DNA of 64,000 nucleotides from a bacterium (GTDB lineage: Bacteria; Hydrothermota; Tepidihabitantia; SM23-42; JAOAFX01). The DNA is taken from positions 4,305 to 68,304 of the forward strand of contig JBNAVN010000005.1 of the NCBI GenBank assembly GCA_049700315.1, given 5' to 3'. Both the position numbers and the translations under genes were made by a program. The notes under the pieces are model-generated. The model was given only the letters and a program-made list of their open reading frames with translations, had not been told where the DNA came from and searched no databases. Positions 57,330 to 64,000 of the stretch are shown here, in pieces (positions within the stretch are counted from its first letter, which is position 1; each line of letters begins with the position of its first letter).

Positions 57330-58301
57330 ATGATATTCTACATTTTCTTGGTATTGATACTTATGATATTCAGCGCTTTTTTCTCGGGGATGGAAGCTGC
57401 CATATTCTCAATAAGCAAATTCCGTGTAAAAACGTTATTGTTTGAGAATGTCAGGGGTGCAAAAAACCTTTCGCGCATAAAAGAAGACCCGGGCAGGACT
57501 CTTTCCACATTGCTTTTGTTGAATGATGTGGTTAATATAGGTGCTTCTTCGGTTGCGACCATTATAATAAGCCAATTATTATTACAATATCAGTTATCTC
57601 CGGCATTCTTTTATGTTTTTGAAATATTTTTAATGACATTTGTTCTTTTATTACTTGGTGAAATCACACCCAAGACTATTTTTCTAAATAATGCGGAGTT
57701 CTTCAGTCTGAACTTGAGTCTTGTTGTGGAATTTTTTAACAAACTTACAATACCTTTCACGAGAATGGCGAGCAAAATTATTCACTTAATTTTTCCTGTC
57801 AAGAAAAACATTGAGGTTTCCGAAGAAGATGTTAGAAAGATGTTGACCGAAGCAAGAAAATTAAAAATTCTTGATGAGACCGAAGAACAACTGGGATATA
57901 GAATGCTCAAATTCGGTCAAGTATTGGTCAAGGAAATTATGGTATCAGCGTGCAATGTTGTGAGCCTGAATTTAGACAAAACCGTTGAAGATGCAATGGA
58001 ATTATTGAAAAGATACGGGCATTCACGCATCTGCGTCTTAAACAATGCGAACCAGGTAGTTGGTGTGTTGTATGCGAAAGATTTGATTCTGCACAACTTA
58101 TCAAAAAGCCGGCCGATTTCAGAATTTATGCGAAAACCTTTTTTTATTTTGAATACAAAGCCTATTGATGAGTTGCTTGTTGAATTTAGAAAGAAAGGTG
58201 TGCATTTTGCAGTGGTGCACGATTTAAATGGAAATTTCGTGGGTATTGCAACTTTGAATGATGTTCTAAAATATCTTTTTGGTGATATACCCGAAGTGTG
58301 A
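57330..58301 (+). CDS. CNNM (DUF21) + CBS-pair protein, paralogue 1
   Basis: FFSGMEAA, GEITPK, HSRI, GIATLNDVL. Confidence 0.88.
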   Translation: MIFYIFLVLILMIFSAFFSGMEAAIFSISKFRVKTLLFENVRGAKNLSRIKEDPGRTLSTLLLLNDVVNIGASSVATIIISQLLLQYQLSPAFFYVFEIFLMTFVLLLLGEITPKTIFLNNAEFFSLNLSLVVEFFNKLTIPFTRMASKIIHLIFPVKKNIEVSEEDVRKMLTEARKLKILDETEEQLGYRMLKFGQVLVKEIMVSACNVVSLNLDKTVEDAMELLKRYGHSRICVLNNANQVVGVLYAKDLILHNLSKSRPISEFMRKPFFILNTKPIDELLVEFRKKGVHFAVVHDLNGNFVGIATLNDVLKYLFGDIPEV

Positions 58302-58302
58302 T

Positions 58303-59229
58303 ATGATGTTGATTTTTGTTTCACTTGTACTGGTATTACTGATAGGAATTTTTACTTCTTCTGAGACTGCATTCTTGTGTGTGGATAAAACAAAAGTACT
58401 TTATGCCGCTGAAGAGAAAAAAGCCTGGGCAATGATAACCAGAAAATTTACCCAAAAGCCAGCAGAGTTCTTTTCTACAATTCTTACTTGCGAGGATTTT
58501 CTCATTGTTGCCGCATCTAATCTCTTAACAATCTACTTTATCAGGAACTACAGCGAAAACTGGGTCTTTCTTTCAACAATATTCCTCTCTTTTTTCTCTC
58601 TAATATTTGGTCAACTGATTCCAAAATCCATTGCCTTGTTGTATCCAGAGAAAATACTTATGGTTAATACAAGAATTATTGTATTTTTCAAAACTGTTCT
58701 TCTGCCAATTGTTGCATTGTTTGCAGGGATCAGCCAGGGTCTTGCCAATCTATTCAGAATGCATTCAGGTAATGCAATTATTCGGCATCAGGATATCGTC
58801 TTTGCGATAAGTGAATATGAAAAAGATACGAGTTTGCTTGCTGCACGTTTGTTTGATTTTTCAAAAAGAAGAGTTTCGGAGAGTATGGTTCCAATCAGTA
58901 TCGCGCTGGTCTGCAGAAATACTGAAGATTTCAAAGAATTTTGCCTTGAATCAGGACGCTTATTCAGATATGTTCCTATCATGGATAGCCAGAAAAATGA
59001 AATTGTTGGCGTAATCAACACTAAAGACTATTTTATCAATGATTCGGTTGAAATAAAACCTCCTTTCTTCATTAAAGAAAACGAGAGATGTATGGAGGCG
59101 TTTTTGAAAATGAAGGAAAAAGGCGAACACATTGCAGTTGTTCAAGATGGGGATGGACAAGTAGTTGGAATAATTACGATTTATGATTTGATTGAAGAAC
59201 TGGTAGGAGCAATAAGAGAAGAGAAGTAG
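58303..59229 (+). CDS. CNNM (DUF21) + CBS-pair protein, paralogue 2
   Basis: TSSETAF, GQLIPKS, GIITIYDLIEELVG. Confidence 0.85.
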   Translation: MMLIFVSLVLVLLIGIFTSSETAFLCVDKTKVLYAAEEKKAWAMITRKFTQKPAEFFSTILTCEDFLIVAASNLLTIYFIRNYSENWVFLSTIFLSFFSLIFGQLIPKSIALLYPEKILMVNTRIIVFFKTVLLPIVALFAGISQGLANLFRMHSGNAIIRHQDIVFAISEYEKDTSLLAARLFDFSKRRVSESMVPISIALVCRNTEDFKEFCLESGRLFRYVPIMDSQKNEIVGVINTKDYFINDSVEIKPPFFIKENERCMEAFLKMKEKGEHIAVVQDGDGQVVGIITIYDLIEELVGAIREEK

Positions 59230-59244
59230 AGATAGTATGTGCTA

Positions 59245-59272
59245 TTGACTTTTTTCTGAAATTTAATATAAT
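59245..59272 (+). promoter_or_regulatory. Promoter of tRNA-Phe
   Basis: TTGACT-16-TATAAT. Confidence 0.75.
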
Positions 59273-59282
59273 CAATTACTTA

Positions 59283-59355
59283 GCCAGGGTAGCTCAGTTG
59301 GTAGAGCACCGGACTGAAAATCCGGGTGTCCGCAGTTCGATTCTGCGCCCTGGCA
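59283..59355 (+). tRNA. tRNA-Phe(GAA)
   Basis: GCCAGGG/CCCTGGC acceptor stem, anticodon arm CCGGA-CTGAAAA-TCCGG, GTTCGATTC T-loop; CCA not encoded. Confidence 0.96.
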
Positions 59356-59375
59356 TATTTTGTTGACATATTTTT

Positions 59376-60272
59376 ATGGAAAAATATTTTGGCGAACTTG
59401 CCGCATTAGGAACTTCTTTTTGCTGGTCTTTTGGTTCGGTATTGTTCACTATGGCATCGCGCTTGGTAGGCTCAACCGAAGTAAATCGCATCCGGTTGGT
59501 TGTGGGAATGATGCTTCTGATGTTTACTCATTGGATACTATATGGAATGTTATTTCCAGTAAATGCTACTGCACATCACTGGTTCTGGTTTGGCATTTCA
59601 GGTATAATTGGCTTTACAATTGGAGACACATTCTTGTTTCGCGGATATCTACTGATTGGACCTCGTTTGACGATGCTGTTAATGTCTCTCTCGCCAATTT
59701 TCGGCGCAATATTAGCCTGGTTATTTCTCAAGGAATCGTTAAGGTCTCTTGAAATTCTTGCGATAATAATAACACTCTTGGGTATTAGTTTGGTCCTTTA
59801 TGACAAAAGGAATGAGGGATTAGATGAGAAAAATTTCCTTACTGGTATTATCTGTGGTATTTGCGCATCGCTCTGCCAGGCACTTGGTTATTATGCATCA
59901 AAGAAAGGGCTTTTGTGTTGTGATTTTCCTGCTATTTCAGGGAATGTTATACGGGTCACATTTGGCGCAGTTTTCATCTGGCTAATAGCTGGAATCCAGG
60001 GGCAAATAAAAGAGACTTTGGGTAAACTGACAAATAGAAGAGCAGATATGTCCATCTTAGGAGGTGCATTTTTCGGTCCTTTTGTGGGTGTATGGCTATC
60101 ATTGGTTGCAATTCAATATACCAATATCGGGATTGCCTCCACGCTAATGGCGTTACCGCCAGTCATTCTCATCCCAATTTCGCACCTGCTTTTCAAAGAA
60201 CATATCACTCACATTTCAATATTTGGTACGATCATCGCTCTAATTGGCGTTGCTTTGATATTCCTCACTTGA
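59376..60272 (+). CDS. EamA/DMT family transporter
   Basis: 10 TM segments in two repeats; GFTIGDTFLF, GPRL, GIAST..ALPPV. Confidence 0.9.
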   Translation: MEKYFGELAALGTSFCWSFGSVLFTMASRLVGSTEVNRIRLVVGMMLLMFTHWILYGMLFPVNATAHHWFWFGISGIIGFTIGDTFLFRGYLLIGPRLTMLLMSLSPIFGAILAWLFLKESLRSLEILAIIITLLGISLVLYDKRNEGLDEKNFLTGIICGICASLCQALGYYASKKGLLCCDFPAISGNVIRVTFGAVFIWLIAGIQGQIKETLGKLTNRRADMSILGGAFFGPFVGVWLSLVAIQYTNIGIASTLMALPPVILIPISHLLFKEHITHISIFGTIIALIGVALIFLT

Positions 60273-60280
60273 TTCCATCA

Positions 60281-60308
60281 TTGACAAATGACAAATTTTT
60301 GATAAAAT
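60281..60308 (+). promoter_or_regulatory. Promoter of the chemoreceptor-cheW pair
   Basis: TTGACA-16-TAAAAT, 8 nt before ATG 60317. Confidence 0.7.
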
Positions 60309-60316
60309 ATATACAT

Positions 60317-63300
60317 ATGGCTGAAGAAGTCGTTCAGAAATTGCTGGAAAGGCTTAAGCCTTTACTGAGCCAGTACGATTCCAACTTTCAAAATTTTCTT
60401 AATATCGGACAGAGAATAGATAATGCGCTTCAAATCAATACTGATCTTCTGGGAGAAATACGTCAAAGATTCTATAGTTTATCTGCAACCGTGGAACTGG
60501 TGCTTGAAGGTGTTGCGGTGTTTGATGGTGAAATAAAAAAGACCCACGAGTTATTGAAAAAAAGCATTGAAAATTTCAGAGATTCGCTTGCGATTTCCGA
60601 TAAGATAAGTTTTGATCTTACGAATATTGCGAGCATTTTAAAGGAGATACACGAACAGACAGGAAAACTTGCTGATACTATTCAGAATATAGATATGGTT
60701 TCTGAGTCAATAGAAGTTGCGTCTCGCAATGCGGGGATTACCGCTTATCACGCTGGGAGGCAAGGGCGTGGTTTTGAAGTGATTGCACGAGAGATGACCG
60801 GTTTGGTTCGTAGCTCACAGAAACCCACCAGCGCAATCCCCACAATTTCTTTTGAATTGCTCAAAGGTGTTGATGAACTTCATCAAGATTTGAAAAGAAT
60901 TCAGGATGTTATAGTATTTTTGAAGGAAATCGCAAACAAATTCTTGAACATCAATAATGAATTGCTCAATTTGATTCCTTATCTTGAAGACTCCATAAAA
61001 GATATTTCCAACAGCGTTTTGGTTCAGAAAGATTTGCATACTGCCCTGCACAGCGAAAGTGAAAAACTGCCCGCATATTTGAATGAAATATACAGTGTTA
61101 CTCGCACTACCGCAATAACTGAGATGTTTTTGTCCGCATTTTTTCAGCATTTGAACAATACCAAGAATAGTCTGATTTCAGCGAAAAATGATAATAACTT
61201 CTATTATTTTTTTAATACCTTCAATAGAATATTAGAAAACGAGCCCCGTTTAGAGGAAGGCATTGAACAATTAGGTCGTGCCAGCCTAAAAAGACTTGAA
61301 ATTCATTCCTTAGAACGTCTGGCACTGCAGTTTGTATCAGAAGCCAAACACCTGAATGAAATCATAACTCAGATTACAGAAAAAATAAGATCGTGGATAA
61401 ATACCCACAAGTTTGCCAATGAAACGCTTTCTCGTGCTAAAGTTTTCTATGAGGATATTGGAGAATTAGTCAATTCCCTGAGTGTTAAGGCTCACGAGTT
61501 AAAGGAACTTATTAATAAGATAGATAAACCATTGCAGGAATTAAAAAGGATCACTGAACGTTCGCGATTACTTGGATTGTATGCTGGTATTGAAAGTGCG
61601 CGGAGTGGCGAATACTCAAGCGCACTCGGTGTGGTTACATCTGAAATAAAAACGCTATCAGTCAAGTCCACCGAATTTGTGGCTGCAATTGACAAGATTG
61701 AGGGTGAAATGCTGGCAGATTTCAGAAATTTGATTTCCTGTTTCATACGTGCTTCAGGAGACGTGGAATTAGGGCTTGATGCACTAAATGACTCTTTAGT
61801 GGCAATAAATGAAAGTTCCAAAGTATTAGACAATCTTTCTTCTCTTTCTCAAGAGATGCTCAGTTCCACGCGTGAAATGACAAATCAATGCGGGTTGCTC
61901 AGTGACCATCACAGGATCTTTGAATCTGAGTACCAGAAGATCAATGAGGATTTTGCTTCGTACGGGAATACGATAAAAACAGGCGAAACATTGACCAGGG
62001 AAATAAAGTCAATCATCGCTGAATTCAAGAAAGATGTCTTTGTCATTACAACTTCACGAAAAACAATCGTTTTTCGTGCAACAGAAGATCCTATTGTTCT
62101 GGATCCCGCTATCAAGACTGATACTACAAGTCACCAGATAATTGAACAGATGTTCACAGGGCTCTATACCTTTGATCAGTTGAATCATTTGATTCCCGGT
62201 GTAGCAAAGTCTTTTTCGGTTTCAGCAGATGGTAAGATCTGGGATTTCTTTATCAAAAAGGGAGTCAAATTTCACAATGGAGTAGAAGTTCAGGCAAAGG
62301 ACGTAGTTAATTCACTAAATAGAGTAAGAAAAGGTCCGAATGCATCTTTTATTGAGTATGTCTCAGATATGATAGTCATTGACCCTTATCATATTAGGTT
62401 CACCCTCAAGTTTCCTTATGTGCCATTTTTGGCGAACATTTCCTGTGGTATTGGTGATATTGTTCCATCTGATTTTGATCAAGAACACCCAATAGGTTGC
62501 GGTCCGTACAAACTCATTTCCTACGAAAAGAAAAGACAGATCATCCTGGAGGCATTTGAAGATTTTTTTGACGGTAGACCACCTGTAGACAGTTGTGTCG
62601 TTTTGAATATCACAGATGACAATGAAGCCATAGACCTTTTCAAAAAGGGCCAGATTTCAATCTTGAGTCTAACCTCAAATATGCTAAGAGATTTTTCCCC
62701 TGAAACTATCTATTCTGGTTCAGCACTTTCTACCCAATACCTGGCGATCAATTTTTCAAAGAAATCACCTTTCTTAGATTTGCGCGTGCGTCAGGCAATG
62801 AATTATGCAATTGATAGAGATCTTTATTGCCGGGAACTGCTCGGAGGAAAAGCAATTCCTGCGTATGGCGTTTACCCGCCAGGATTGCCAGGATACAACA
62901 AGGGTCTAATAAGTTATAACTATGACCTGAAAAAAGCTCGAGATTTGATGAAAGAAGCAGGCTTTGGAACCGGCATATCAGATGTATTTCAGCTTGATGT
63001 ACGGTCAGGCGTTGACAATATAAGAAGAGCAAAATTTATTAAAGATTCATTTGCAAAAATTGGGATATATTTGGAGGTCAATGCATTGCCCTGGGAGGAA
63101 TTTCTGAATAAGACCTATAGTGGTAACAGCATTCTTTGTTTACGAGGCTGGGTTTCAGACAACGGTGATCCTGATAATTTTGTTTCACTATTTCACTCCA
63201 AAAATTTTGGGGCAAGTGGCAATACTTCTTTCTACGGCAATGAAGAACTTGACAGGATGATTGAATCGGCTCGCGCAGAGCAAATAATAAGACGCCGAAT

Positions 63301-63457
63301 GGAATTGTACCAGAAAATAGAAAAATTCATTGTTGATAATGCACTCTGGGTTTTTGTTTCACACGGTGTTGACTGTTATGCTGTTCAGAAAAATATAAAA
63401 GGTTTTGTGGTTGATCCATTTGGTTTGGTTCGTTTCAGAAACCTTTATTGCGAGTAA
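60317..63457 (+). CDS. Soluble chemoreceptor-like protein with two MCP signalling domains fused to a C-terminal ABC solute-binding family 5 (OppA/DppA-like) domain
   Basis: RNAGITAYHAGRQGRGFEVIAREM and RLLGLYAGIESARSGEYSSALGVVTSEI hairpin motifs; LDP..IIEQMFTGL..A.S..S.DG..W.F.IKKGVKFHNG family 5 signature; no TM segment seen. Confidence 0.85.
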   Translation: MAEEVVQKLLERLKPLLSQYDSNFQNFLNIGQRIDNALQINTDLLGEIRQRFYSLSATVELVLEGVAVFDGEIKKTHELLKKSIENFRDSLAISDKISFDLTNIASILKEIHEQTGKLADTIQNIDMVSESIEVASRNAGITAYHAGRQGRGFEVIAREMTGLVRSSQKPTSAIPTISFELLKGVDELHQDLKRIQDVIVFLKEIANKFLNINNELLNLIPYLEDSIKDISNSVLVQKDLHTALHSESEKLPAYLNEIYSVTRTTAITEMFLSAFFQHLNNTKNSLISAKNDNNFYYFFNTFNRILENEPRLEEGIEQLGRASLKRLEIHSLERLALQFVSEAKHLNEIITQITEKIRSWINTHKFANETLSRAKVFYEDIGELVNSLSVKAHELKELINKIDKPLQELKRITERSRLLGLYAGIESARSGEYSSALGVVTSEIKTLSVKSTEFVAAIDKIEGEMLADFRNLISCFIRASGDVELGLDALNDSLVAINESSKVLDNLSSLSQEMLSSTREMTNQCGLLSDHHRIFESEYQKINEDFASYGNTIKTGETLTREIKSIIAEFKKDVFVITTSRKTIVFRATEDPIVLDPAIKTDTTSHQIIEQMFTGLYTFDQLNHLIPGVAKSFSVSADGKIWDFFIKKGVKFHNGVEVQAKDVVNSLNRVRKGPNASFIEYVSDMIVIDPYHIRFTLKFPYVPFLANISCGIGDIVPSDFDQEHPIGCGPYKLISYEKKRQIILEAFEDFFDGRPPVDSCVVLNITDDNEAIDLFKKGQISILSLTSNMLRDFSPETIYSGSALSTQYLAINFSKKSPFLDLRVRQAMNYAIDRDLYCRELLGGKAIPAYGVYPPGLPGYNKGLISYNYDLKKARDLMKEAGFGTGISDVFQLDVRSGVDNIRRAKFIKDSFAKIGIYLEVNALPWEEFLNKTYSGNSILCLRGWVSDNGDPDNFVSLFHSKNFGASGNTSFYGNEELDRMIESARAEQIIRRRMELYQKIEKFIVDNALWVFVSHGVDCYAVQKNIKGFVVDPFGLVRFRNLYCE

Positions 63458-63459
63458 CT

Positions 63460-63879
63460 ATGGAAACATTAATAATATTTAAGATAGCCGAGGAGGTGAT
63501 TGGTATGGACATCAGAAAGGTGCGTGAAGTGACTGAATTACCGGCAGTGGTGCCTGTACCTAAATCTCCGGATTTTCTGTTTGGGCTGGCAAATATACGC
63601 GGTGAGATCGTGCCGGTCATCTCATTGCGAAGACGTCTGGGAATTGGTGGTGATGAATTGTGTAATCTATTGCTCGTGGTTGAAGATGGAGAGCGGATTG
63701 CTGGGTTGCGTGTTGACAATCTTCTTGGCACAAAGAAAATCAATGAGAGAAATATCAACACAAAATCCGATATGCTTGCAACAAAGAAAAAGAAGGATTT
63801 TTTCTTCGGTGTATATGAAACTGAAGAAAAACCTATTCTCATCTTAGACCTTAACAAGACTTTGGCAGAAGATGAATGA
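63460..63879 (+). CDS. cheW: Chemotaxis adaptor CheW
   Basis: VREV..VVPVP..P.FLFGLANIRGEIVPVISLRRRLG, GLRVD. Confidence 0.92.
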   Translation: METLIIFKIAEEVIGMDIRKVREVTELPAVVPVPKSPDFLFGLANIRGEIVPVISLRRRLGIGGDELCNLLLVVEDGERIAGLRVDNLLGTKKINERNINTKSDMLATKKKKDFFFGVYETEEKPILILDLNKTLAEDE

Positions 63880-63952
63880 ACAGGGTTCGTTCTTAGTAAA
63901 ATAATATTAGAATCTTGACTTTTTTCAAAATTGTGATAAAATTATTATCTTA

Positions 63953-64000
63953 ATGATTGGTGGTTTGATTACCAAACTATTTTTGCAGATTAGGATGAAT
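63953..64000 (+). CDS. 5' start of a gene running off the window (unknown product)
   Basis: ATG 10 nt after TTGACT-16-TAAAAT (63915-63942); frame stays open to the end. Confidence 0.4.
   Translation, partial: MIGGLITKLFLQIRMN

Noticed and set aside
60092-60316. Hydrophobic-looking N-terminal extension of the chemoreceptor in the ORF track
   Set aside because: It overlaps the EamA gene and lies upstream of a consensus promoter at 60281-60308; ATG 60317 is preferred.
410-63857. Numerous short antisense or overlapping ORFs in the six-frame track
   Set aside because: They shadow well-supported genes and have no recognisable motifs or expression signals.
1-64000. CRISPR array, rRNA, prophage, intact transposase, or recoded (Sec/Pyl) genes
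   Set aside because: I saw no regularly spaced repeat-spacer array, rRNA signature, phage structural gene, DDE/HUH catalytic motif or gene split by an in-frame stop.

Overview
This 64 kb window comes from an AT-rich diderm bacterium. Gene style and content suggest candidate phylum WOR-3 or a related FCB-type anaerobe; that placement is inference. Most of the window is housekeeping: tatC, tRNA-Cys, murA-ispG-GATase-M24 peptidase, HD-glyQ-glyS-aspS-recO, rpmH-rnpA-yidD-yidC-jag-mnmE, glmU-LytR_C-rsfS-argS-ptsN, livHMGF, COG2403-ppdK, pdxJ-secD-secF-pgpA, pcrA, phoH-HD-ybeY-CNNM x2, tRNA-Phe, EamA and a chemoreceptor-cheW pair. I found no CRISPR array, rRNA, integrase, transposase catalytic domain or reverse transcriptase. 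Five observations stand out. (1) A non-canonical rnfCDGEA operon has no rnfB, has lost 3 of the 4 RnfA/RnfE cysteines that bind the intramembrane [2Fe-2S] cluster, and has an RnfG with two FMNylation domains. It may be a rewired flavin conduit to an extracytoplasmic acceptor. (2) An approximately 9 kb cassette (HTH-TPR-SARP/BTAD regulator plus three secreted beta-propeller proteins) is bracketed by directly repeated REP + 96-bp units next to tRNA-Cys. (3) A soluble chemoreceptor has two signalling hairpins and a C-terminal OppA/DppA-type domain. (4) About 15 sigma70-like promoters all have a 16-bp spacer, and many point to leaderless mRNAs. (5) There is a Braun-lipoprotein-like + LysM coiled-coil gene pair and a candidate ~85-nt sRNA. 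All calls come from reading motifs by eye; no searches were run.
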